Positions 53,401 through 64,000 of a stretch of 64,000 nucleotides of DNA are shown here, piece after piece (position 1 is the stretch's first letter; the number at the start of each line of letters is the position of its first letter). The notes below the pieces were generated by a model that saw only the letters and a program-made list of their open reading frames with translations, was not told where the DNA came from and ran no database searches. The position numbers and the translations under genes are program-made. Source of the DNA: Anthoceros angustus (Eukaryota; Plantae; Anthocerotophyta); assembly GCA_010909165.1 (NCBI GenBank), contig MU008212.1:62001-126000 (forward strand), given 5' to 3'.

Positions 53401-54876
53401 TGAAGCTAGGCTCTCTACAATCCCTTTTGAAAACCTATAAGTTCTTTGATGAGGCTACAACTCGGAAGTACACTCGCCAGATCCTTGAAGGCCTTTCATT
53501 TTTACATCAGCAAAATACCATACACAGGTGTGCCTTTGGAGATAATTGAGCTTGCTGATTACTTGGGTACTCTTCTTTGCAGCTTGGATATATCTGGGCT
53601 TGTTGTAGATTCTCTGATTTCTGTTTTTACTGGACCTCTTCAGAGATATCAAATGTGCAAATATTCTAGTAGATGCGACTGGCCAAGTAAAACTTGCTGA
53701 TTTTGGAATGGCAAAAAAGGTCTTCACCGTCTCTACTCCCTACCATTGTGATGCATTTTTGCTGTTGTACTAGTAGTTGGCTGAGACAGCAGTGTTAAGT
53801 GTGTATCTTGAACCAGTGAAAGTATAGTATCAGGTTACCACCTCATGATAGTGATGTGTCTGCAGGTTGACAGATCTATTGCAACTTCATGTAAAGGTAC
53901 CCCATCTTATATGGCACCTGAGGTGTTCAAAAGTTCCCCAGGAAAAAGCTACGGCCCTGCTGTGGACATATGGAGCCTGGGATGCACTGTTCTTGAAATG
54001 ATTGAGGGCAAAGCTCCATGGGGCCAGTATGGAGGGGTAAGATGTGTTTAAGTTTTGAAGCTGAAGCGTCTGTTTGATGAGCTACGATGAAGGCAGCGCA
54101 TGCTGCAGCTTGTTACAATTACCTTTGATCTGCCTGCCTGCCTGCATGGATGGACACTCGTGCTGCTGCCAGTGCCGTGTTTTGTTGGTTGAGAAGTTGA
54201 TCTATGAATGTTGTGAACTGTCTTGAGCTCAAGTCTTGAAGCTGTCTTTTTTGTTGCCTCTGAATGGGCTCTTGGTTTGGCTGTGTCGTTTGCAGTTTAG
54301 TTTCCTTTTCAAGATGTTCAAAGGTGAGCTGCCACCAATTCCCGAGCATCTTAGTATTGAAGCAAAGGACTTCATCAAACAATGCTTGCAGCTTGATCCT
54401 GAGCAGCGACCCACAGCAGAACAGCTGCTTCAGCACCCATTTGTGACAACTGCCCATAGCAGCCCAGTCTTGCCATCCCCCTCAGCATCTCCTCTGTAAT
54501 ACACTATCCCCTCTGTGGCTTAAAGTTCTCGCAAGTTCGAAAGAAGTTCCTTGTTTCCATCGCTCGATATATATGTACTGTGTGTGGAGTCTTAATTTGG
54601 GATTGTTGTGGGTTTGACAGCTACTCTGAGGCGGTTCGACGCTATTCTTTTGATTCTGCAGGCAGCTTGGCAGAAGGGCGCATGCAGGATAGTCGAAGAG
54701 TCATGGGCCTTTTGACTAGACATAATTCAGAGATGGAAGCATTCGATGTGTCAGTGCAGGAATACTTCCCAGCTTCTCCCAGGGAGCTGTTGCAACAGAG
54801 TGTGGGCCGGAGCTTCAGTGACTCTGTCATGGAGTCAAAGCTGGAGTATTGGAAGCAATCAGTGATGCGACAATGA
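50467..54876 (+). CDS. MEKK-subfamily MAP kinase kinase kinase; exons 50467-52310, 53012-53078, 53200-53262, 53367-53527, 53644-53719, 53866-54036, 54296-54495, 54621-54876
   Basis: Long SP-rich N-terminus. [55 protein letters not shown], the MEKK signature [22 protein letters not shown] and [13 protein letters not shown]. All junctions are GT-AG and in frame. Confidence 0.95.
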
Positions 54877-56038
54877 TATTGAGCAGCTCATCTCCGGGTG
54901 GGTGAATTTTTGTGATGGCATCCTACGGTATGGCATTGCTTGGCTGGACGATGCACTGAATAATGTGTTGGGAAGTAGTTATATTTCCCAAATGTTTGTG
55001 CTCCGTCCGTGAATTTGCAACTTGTTGACGATTTAGAAGGGGAGGGGAGGGGCGAGGAGGGGGCGCGCGGGCAATGTTGGCAGGGTGAGGTCCTTTGTAA
55101 GACAGAGGATTCGGATCCAGGTCCTCTGCGAATTTGGATGAGCAGTGGGATGTGTATTTATTATCTTCCAGACAGTGAGTCTTTGCTACCATGTTCTCGT
55201 GACTGGGTGGGACACAGATCTATTGCCCGGTGCCTGCGGCATATAGAGAAAGATATATGCAACACGTCGGTTCGCGAAGCCTTAGGCTGCAATTCGCAGC
55301 CGCTTGTACTAATTACATGTTTGTTCATGTTGATACGGACGGGCCGGTATTCTGGTCCCGAATTGCATTGCCTTGTCGCTGAGTTTTCCCGAAGGTTGTT
55401 AGGCAACCGGTGAGCTACGTAAGTTTTGTTGAACACCTGAGTAGATTTGTATTCTGCACTAGTGTTTAATCCTATGGGAACTCTTTGCGGCCCGAAGTAT
55501 GTAAATATGGTGCTTGCTTATTGACAAGCAAACATGTTACCGACAGCGCTCAGTCACGATGGAACTGGGAGGGGGGTTTCGGAAGGGGGCCGATTGTGTG
55601 CTCCTGGTGTACCACAGCTGAGAGTGGGGTTCAAGGTGCCCTTGCATTTGCTCGTTTGATTCTTCGGCGCCCAGGTTGAGGCTTGAGTGCCAACCTTCTT
55701 TTGCACGCTTCTCCTCTGGTTAAAGAATGGGTGGCGGAGGAGCGAGTGTGCGGTGAGGGTGTGTCGGGAAATCCAACGCTCGCTGCCAACGGAGGCGGCA
55801 AGCGGAGTAGGTCTTGGAGGGGTTCTTCACCAGCTGGCGGCAAGCGATTGCGAGAGCAAGGATGTCCAGGTGTTGAGTGTAGATAGGGCGAGGGTGGGAC
55901 GCGTGTGGCAGCTTACGCCTCCACGTTGGACGGAGCACGGCCACCATGCCCTTTCCATCGGCCGCGTTTTGGAAGCGGGGTAGTAGTTATAAATTAAAAG
56001 GTATAAGTAGAAAGTAAAACCAATTTGCTATAAGGTCT

Positions 56039-56111
56039 GGCCGCATGGCCCAATGGATAAGGCGCTGGTCTACGAAACCAGAGATTCTGGGTTCGATCCC
56101 CAGTGTGGTCG
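56039..56111 (+). tRNA. trnR-ACG: tRNA-Arg(ACG)
   Basis: 73 nt. Acceptor GGCCGCA/TGTGGTC, D arm TGGCCCAATGG, anticodon arm CTGGT-CT-ACG-AA-ACCAG, T arm CTGGG-TTCGATC-CCCAG. AT-rich upstream sequence and T-runs at ~56131-56142. Confidence 0.97.
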
Positions 56112-56377
56112 TGACTGACGATAGACTTGGTTTTGAGTTTTTGTAGTCGAGCAAGCATGTAGAGCATCGGGAAACAGATGGGTGGGGATGATTGTGCCTG
56201 CTAAGAGCCGACAGCCGCCGGAAGTGGTATAGCGAGTAATGTCGTGGCGGCAGTGCGTTGGGCGACCGGCAGGCCGGCCGGGGCCGCGGGTAACAGACAG
56301 ATGTGACGTATCGTGTGCTTGCGCTTGAGGGGTGCATAGGGCGCAGCAGGCGTGGAGCGGAAGTAAGGTGTGGCAAT

Positions 56378-57762
56378 GGAGCGAAACGGCTGTGATGATG
56401 AGATTACGAGGCCAACGTGGGTTGGTTAGGGCGTTCAAAAGTGTGAGGCGCGATGATGGCCTGGGCCGCGCATGGTTGGGCCAGTTTAGGTAGGGCGACA
56501 GGACGGGAGCGGGGGTTGTTTACAGTTTGATGGAAAGAAAGGGAGCGCACAATAATTGGCATTGGCGGGCGGAGCGGCCTGATTCGGGCGGTTGGTTGGG
56601 ATGGTAAATGACGAGGTGTGTCGGCGAGGGAGGAGCATGTGCAGCGTGTGTGAGAGGAAAGCGCGGCCGGGCCGGGGCCGGAGCCGGGATGGCAGAGGGA
56701 GGGAGGCAGAGTGCAGAGTTGCGGAGAGCAGAGCAGAGAGCAGAGAAAGGTGTGTCGCCGCTCACGGACACCTTGAATGCAAGCTGGCAGCAGCGGGTGG
56801 ATGACGGAAACGTGGAGCAGGTTGCGGAACAGGGCAGGAGCGAAACGGCTGTGATGATGATTACGAGGCCAACGTGGGTTGGTTAGGGCGTTCAAAAGTG
56901 TGAGGCGCGATGATGGCCTGGGCCGCGCATGGTTGGGCCAGTTTAGGTAGGGCGACAGGACGGGAGCGGGGGTTGTTTACAGTTTGATGGAAAGAAAGGG
57001 AGCGCACAATAATTGGCATTGGCGGGCGGCCTGATTCGGGCGGTTGGTTGGGATGGTAAATGACGAGGTGTGTCGGCGAGGGAGGAGCATGTGCAGCGTG
57101 TGTGAGAGGAAAGCGCGGGCCGGGGCCGGGGCCGGAGCCGTCAGATGGCAGAGGGAGGGGAGGGAGGCAGAGTGCAGAGTTGCGGAGAGCAGAGAGCAGA
57201 GAGCAGAGAGCAGGTGTGTCGCCGCTCTCACGGACACCTTGAATGCAAGCTGGCAGCAGCGGGTGGATGACGGAAACGTGGAGCAGGTTGCGGAACAGGA
57301 GCAGGAGCGAAACGGCTGTGATGATGAGATTACGAGGCCAACGTGGGTTGGTTAGGGCGTTCAAAAGTGTGAGGCGCGATGATGGCCTGGGCCGCGCATG
57401 GTTGGGCCAGTTTAGGTAGGGCGACAGGACGGGAGCGGGGTTGTTTACAGTTTGATGGAAAGGGAGCGCACAATAATTGGCATTGGCGGGCGGAGCGGCC
57501 TGATTCGGGCGGTTGGTTGGGATGGTAAATGACGAGGTGTGTCGGCGAGGGAGGAGCATGTGCAGCGTGTGTGAGAGGAAAGCGCGGGCCGGGGCCGGGG
57601 CCGGAGCCGTCAGATGGCAGAGGGAGGGGAGGGAGGCAGAGTGCAGAGTTGCGGAGAGCAGAGAGCAGAGAGCAGAGAGCAGGTGTGTCGCCGCTCTCAC
57701 GGACACCTTGAATGCAAGCTGGCAGCAGCGGGTGGATGACGGAAACGTGGAGCAGGTTGCGG
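56378..57762. repeat. Three tandem copies of a ~460-bp GC-rich unit (starts 56378, 56837, 57304)
   Basis: ggagcgaaacggctgtgatgatga...ggaaacgtggagcaggttgcgg repeated three times. Confidence 0.95.
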
Positions 57763-58755
57763 GCCGGTGCGCTGCAGGCTGCAGCCCGCTCTCACGCTCG
57801 ACGCTTCATGGCTGGTGAAGGCATGTTATGAGGCGAGGCAGCATGTGTGTTGCCACTTGCCCCCCCATGGCACGAGCGTACAGCGCACAACTGGACTCCG
57901 ACCTAACCCTAGCCCCAAACCCTAGCCTAGGGCAGCATCCAGCTGGCAGCTTGCAGCTTGCAGCTCGCACTTTCCTGCGTACGATACAGTATCGTACGCA
58001 GTGATATTTCCAACAATGGCTGGATACCCATCTCGGGCTTGTGCACACCACTCATGACACGCATGCGCATGCAGCAGCAGGCGCAGGCGCAGGCGCAGCC
58101 TACCTACAGTAGGCAGTCTGAGAAATGTAGGCGGGAAGCAACAACAACTCGTGTGCTGAACGCAGGCAATTTCGTGTGCAATTGCCATGCTCTTTTACTC
58201 GCATCGCATCCGAAACGAGGGGCCTCGACACGCCCAGCTAGGCACAGCTTGGCAGCTAGGCAGCTGGGAGCTGGGCAGCTGGGCCGGCACGCAACACACA
58301 AGGGTATCGGAAGATGGATAAAAGACGGCGAGGTATGTCTGGGCGGAAGCGGACATGGACCGAGCGGGCGACGGCGATACGAATCCATGGACGCCGGGCC
58401 TAGGGCCGCCGCATACACACAGCATATTATTCACAGCATGGCAGCATACTACATAGCCTGCAGGCGGCAGTGGCATGCGGGCGTGTTTGGACGGTGCGCG
58501 AGCATGGCATCCCCGCATCGCGCATCGCGCATCGCGCACGCCGGCGCAGCGGACGCACCGAGGCCGAGGGCCAAGGGCCGAGGCGGGCGAAGCTGCACTC
58601 TCCCGCCTCCTCCACTGTGCACTTGCGTAGCCCATATGCGTTGGATGCACTTGTGGAATGGTGCCCAGAATCTTGAGCCAGCAGGCGCGGGCGGGAAGCG
58701 GAGGGCTCACACCAGCGGGCGTCGGGCGCCAGAGCCAGGGCCTGGGCCAGCCAGG

Positions 58756-58756
58756 G

Positions 58757-58805
<49 letters not shown>

Positions 58806-58810
58806 CAGAG
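58756..58810. repeat. (GCCAGA)n microsatellite
   Basis: Directly visible. Confidence 0.95.
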
Positions 58811-61410
58811 TCAGAACCGGGGCCACGCCTGCCGCCACACCGCATCGCTGCGCGAAAACGGACAAGCGCTCACGGACAACGGAGGCCTGCATGCGGGTGA
58901 TGTCATACACACACATACATACATACATTACATCACATGCATGGCATGGCATTCCCGGCAACGTTTCCCTTGTCGGAAAGAAGCAGGCCATCGGCCCGAA
59001 ACGGGCTCCCCTGCCGCCTGCCGCCTGCCGGCTGCCGGCTGCCGGCTGCCGGGGGAGGCTGCGAGCGTTGCACGTGATTGGCGCAGACTGCAGTCGGCGC
59101 GTGAACGACGACGGATGAACGACAAGAGCGGGGCCAGACTGTGAAGCGGTGCAGCCCGTGATCCCGTTCACGTCCGCGGCACCCACGAAGCTTCGGACGA
59201 GACGCGCCGCGAGGAGTCGTGTCGTGCATCACACGTTGTCACGTTTTGTGTGGGTTTGTGGGCGGTGACTGGGCTGCGGCGTGGGTCCTGTGTAGGCGGT
59301 GCTCTTGTGCTGACCATGTCACATGATCTCACACCTCGTTGCGGGTTGCGGGTTGCGGGTTGCGGAAGGCGGAGCCAACTGGCATGCGCATCGTAGCGTC
59401 GGTATCGGCATCCCATCCAGCCCGAGGGGAGGGGAGATGCTCATTTCCTTTTGCCCGAACATCGATGGATTATCGCATTTGACGCGTCCCCCAATTAGAG
59501 CTAGAGCGACCCGGCGTTCCGCCGCCGTAATAACGCGGGATTAGGGCGCAGGCTGGGGGCTGCGGGCTGCGGGCTGCTCCGGGCTCCTTGCGCGAGGAAG
59601 CGAGGACTAAAGCCACATTGAATGCGTGAGGCGGGAGACGGACGTGTGCACTTGTGGCGTCGCCAAGCGGACCCCCGCGGGTGGCCTGCCTCCACTTCAC
59701 AGGATTTCCGCTGCTTCTGCAGCTGCTGGATGGGCGCCCTTTTCGCTGCCGTTTATTATTAATAATGGCCATGGCCGCGTAAATGAGGCGCAGTTTGTGC
59801 GCTTGTAGCTTGTAGCTTGTAGGCTGCTAATCGCTCTCTCCCGAGACACACAAGAGAGAAGAGAGACACACGAAGCGGCTTAAATGCCACACGGCCCCAC
59901 TGGAGGGCTCAAGGCAAGAGCGCCGCGGCCCGCCCCGTTTTGCATAATGGTGTCATGTTTGGGGACCGCGCCTTCTATTCTATTCCATTCAATTCCATTC
60001 CATTCCATTCCATGTTCCGTCTAAACATGGCAATCCACCAAGGCGCATGGCGCGTAAGTTGTAACGTTGAGATGTTACATGTGTGGTGGAGTGGAGTCCG
60101 GTTGGGTGCGGACTGCGGTGGCGGCGCGGGCAGTGGGCAGTGGGCAGGTTCCATCTTCCATCCATCCGGGCCGCACACGCCACCCCACCCTCATAACCGG
60201 ATATGTTTTGTGGAAAGGAAAGAAAAGGTGAGGTACCGTGCGAAGCGAAGGAGCCGCCAAGCGGATGAGGCCCTTTTGCGCGCGGTGGGAAAAGGGGGTA
60301 GGGGTCAGGACTCAGGAGCCCTCCGCCAATAGAGGGTAAAGTGGATGGGGTTTCACAAATATCCAGCTATCCAGGCGGGTGGAGCTGGAGGTAGGTGCGT
60401 CATGTGAATGGGCCAATGGGTAATGGGTAGGTGAGAGGGTGACAGTCGCCCATCGGCCTGGCACATGGGATGTGGTCTAAAGGATAGGATAGGAGGTGAT
60501 AGGTCCACCGCCTCTCCGGCCTCCGGCCTCCGGCCTCCGGCCCTGGGCAACGGAAATCGTGCTTGTCTATGCTGGACGTACACGATTGTACAGTACCTAC
60601 CACCTGCATAGTCATATTTATGTAGTGCGATGAGAGACGGGAAAGGGCGCCAAGCTTTGGGCAGGCTGACAAGTCAGGGCCTGCTTCACTTCCCGAGCCC
60701 AGCCCTTGCCGATACCAATACCGATACCGATATCGATGGGCGGGCATGTCGGATGGTCGGCAGGCGCCGTCCATATCTCTTCTTGCTGGACCTGGACGCA
60801 GAATCATTTTTTTTTCTTCTTCCTCCTCCTCCTCCCTCGTGGTGCCACATCTAGAGCGGCAAGCACTGTCGTGGACCCCCCGCCCCCCCCTGGACTAAAC
60901 TTAACAGTTCATGTCCATCCGAATTCAGAAACGGGTGTCAAGGGGGAACTTCATGGTCATGCCATGACGGCGCATGGCCGTTAACGTTGCACGTCGCCGA
61001 TGCGGTCGCAATTGGGCATCATGCGCAGCATGAGCTCGCCTCTTACTCAGTAATAAGAGGCCAGAGGGACGAGGCCCACAGCGCACAGCGCACAGCGCAC
61101 AGCGCACGGTTTTGGTGGAGAGAGTAAAGACAAAGGCAAGCCAGTGTCTGACAAAGGCTGCATTCCATCGCAGTGCTTTGCCTTTGCCTTTGCTTTGGCT
61201 TTGGCTAAGGCTTTGGCTTTAGGTTTGGCTTGGCGCTCCAGGGAGATCCCGACTCGTGCCCCGGATCTGCTCGCATTAGCTGGCCTGGCAGGCAGGCTCG
61301 ACCAGCCTGCCTGCCAGGCCTGCGTGGCGTGAGTGAGTGATGGGAGTTTGCAACGGATAGGGCCCGGGATAGGCTGCCTGCGTATTGTTGACTTGCGATT
61401 TCAGTGTCAG

Positions 61411-61485
61411 TCGGACTCGGACTCGGACTCGGACTCGGACTCGGACTCGGACTCGGACTCGGACTCGGACTCGGACTCGGACTCG
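61411..61485. repeat. (TCGGAC)n microsatellite
   Basis: Directly visible. Confidence 0.95.
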
Positions 61486-62107
61486 CACTTGGCACGTTGC
61501 TTTCCTTCCCTTAAATCCCGTTACCTCAGTACAGCGATGATAGGCTATACACATGCTAGTGTGGTGGGATGTTTAATAAAGGGTGTGATAAGATAAGACA
61601 AGCCAAGCTGAATCCTGAATCCTGAATCCCGAATCCCGCTTCCTTCTCGCGTCCGACTTCCCCTGCTCCCCGCAATGCACAATGCACAATGCACAATGCG
61701 CAATGCGCAATGCGCAATGCAATGCGAGGGGGCTGCAGGCTGGAGGGCACCAATCAGAGCGAGTGTGCCGTTAGGTAGCCATTGGCCCTGGGCTACTGCA
61801 GTCTGGCATCCTTCCAATCTTCCGATCCCGCAAGCCGTGCGATCGCAGGCTGCAGCGCTGATTGATTCAGGGATTCATTCTCGCTATCAGTGTTAAAGGT
61901 CTTTTTGGTCACTCTCTCTCATTAGCCTGCCGTGGAGGCGATTCGCGATGCGAGCGGGGGCAGATGGCAGAGCGCAGAGGTTCAGGACAGGCCAGCTTTT
62001 AGTGGGCAGGGCCGGAGTCGGACCCTGGGTGGCCATCGTCCCGACAGCCACGCAAAAACTAGTACTTCTGCCAAGTGAAGTGCAGTCCACTTCAGTGGCA
62101 GGGCCGA

Positions 62108-62192
62108 TGGCGGTGGCGGTGGCGGTGGCGGTGGCGGTGGCGGTGGCCCTGCCTCTGCCTCTGCCTCTGCCTCTGCCCCTGCCTCTGCCTGC
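62108..62192. repeat. Compound (TGGCGG)n/(CTGCCT)n microsatellite
   Basis: Directly visible. Confidence 0.9.
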
Positions 62193-64000
62193 ACTCCCAG
62201 AGCCAAGAGCCAAGAGGCAAGGGGGACCCTGGCCCCTGCCTCCCTGGATAGCTAGAGGCAGGCAAAGCCAGCCAGCCTGGCTCCACCACGACAATTAATC
62301 TCGGTGGGAGGCCCTCCACCCAGTCCCACTGCCTCATGAGGCTGCCATTAAGCGAGTGCATCTGATCCGCACGCACCCGCAATGTATGGAATCCCAACAC
62401 AACCTTTCTTTATTGCACACTTAACTGCAGGCTCCAAGCAGTTCCCGGCGCTCAGCCCGGTGTGCGATAGCGTGATACGATAGGCGGGAAGACGAGGCCA
62501 GCTGGATGTCTCTGGCGCCCAACCCCAGCGTGGTGCTGGTTCATCAGCCACAATAATGGAGCAGCAGAGCAGCAGAGCAGCAGAGGCCGCAGCTCATAGC
62601 TCATCGCTATGGGGTGCGCTGGTTTCCCTCGTGTGAGACGTACTGTAGGTGTGCAAGACGGACGTTTGAGCTGAGTTCGGATGTGAGATGTGACCGGGCG
62701 CATCACACCACCCTTCTTACGCTTCTTCTGCTTCTGCTTCTGCTTCTGCTGCCATGCTTTGTGTTTGATGTGTTGCCCAGGCACATGAAGCGCAACGGGA
62801 ACCGGCAGTCTGCAACGGAAATGCAGCTGCAGCTGCAGCTGCTGCTCTGCTCTGTGCTGCTGCTAAAGAGAAGAAACCCTAGTGAAAAAGGAAAAAGCTG
62901 GGGTGGTGTGGGTGCCATGCGAGGCCACGTTCCGGGGCCTGTGGCCTGGGGGCATGGGGCCTGGAGCATGGGGCCTGGCGCCTGGCGCCTGGCGCCTGGC
63001 TTTTGGCCCTCTCAGTCACTTTCATTTGAGCGCACCAGGCCACCAGCCACGATGCATTACATGCATCCATGGCCGATGCTGCGTAACAAGGAGAGAGAGA
63101 GAAAGAGTGGTGCCTCTTGTGTTGGTTGCGGCGTTTCTCGGTCACCAGGCTGGCACCATCATGGAACGGTCCGAAACCGAAAGGAATGGAATGCCCTGCA
63201 CCATGCCAGCTACCACTGGCAACCATAAAAGATGGATGCTCCTCGCATTTACATACAGTATGTACATCCTGCACACATGGGAGCAGCCGTGACTGGACCG
63301 ACATGCACCAACATGCACCAACATGGTGCCCGGGGGAGCCATGGATCTACATGCCATGCTAATTGCGGCATTGCGGCATCTCGGCAGGCGTTTGGCTGTA
63401 GCCTGGCCCTGGAGCCGACGAGCCGACGAGCCGACAGGAAAACAGAAGCACGGCCCCGTCCGGGCCGGGGCCGGGGCCGGGGCCGGGGCCGAAACCGAAA
63501 TTGAAACCGGGCCGCGCCAGCCCAAAGCTTTGCCTGCACGCACCGGTGATCCGGTCGCCCGCGCACATTGCCTGCCTGCCTGCCAGTTCCCGCCCTGGCC
63601 CCTGGCCCCTGGCCCCTGGCCCTGCACCGAGCCAGGTGCGCTTGGATGCCTGGATGCTTGGATTCTCGGATGCGATGCCGTGAGATGCCATCCCCGGCCA
63701 TCCCCGGCCCGACCCGATGCCCGATTCGGGCACCCACTGTACATACATACATAACACGACATAAGCTTGTGAATCTAGCAGCCCTGCCCTCCTACATTCC
63801 TACACCGGAGGAACCGCTTGTCCGTCTCCTCCACCCACCATCCACCACCCAGCAGGCTAATGTTAGGGATTCCATTCCCCTGGACCGGATTCTTTCCTTT
63901 GCTCCCACAGCTTGCGCTTGCGCTTCTGGGCGCCGGGCCGCCTTTGCTACATGGCACTGCAAATGTGCCCGCGCGCGCGTGCGCAACGCGCAACGCGCAA

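Noticed and set aside
56392-56585. Box C/D snoRNA in the 460-bp repeat (TGATGA...CTGA), as a tRNA-snoRNA unit
   Set aside because: No terminal stem or recognisable rRNA guide, and the tRNA has its own T-run terminator upstream.
57958-59118. 386-aa ORF
   Set aside because: Built from microsatellite translations (QAQA, RARA) in high-GC DNA; no domain.

Overview
Eukaryotic nuclear DNA from a land plant. The short introns, a PLS-type PPR fragment and Sola- and CRE-like elements point to a bryophyte-like lineage, possibly a hornwort (inference only). Two intact spliced kinase genes bracket a ~44 kb nest of transposable elements: a 7-exon calcium-dependent protein kinase (1062-3944, with one GC-AG intron) and an 8-exon MEKK-type MAPKKK (50467-54876). 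The TE nest contains a CACTA element whose transposase is split at its DGxNP motif by a TIR element, a young Ty1/copia element with identical 207-bp LTRs and an antisense ORF, two degenerate L1-like LINEs, a Sola-like transposase and a CRE-like retroelement. It also holds ELF1 and PPR pseudogene fragments. After the MAPKKK come a tRNA-Arg(ACG), a ~460-bp three-copy tandem repeat and a non-coding tail rich in simple repeats. Many near-identical tandem duplications differ only by small indels and there is an N at 28327, so some frameshifts and duplications may be long-read assembly artefacts. All homology calls were made by eye, without database searches. I did not find a clearly new multi-gene system; the best novelty candidates concern TE architecture.
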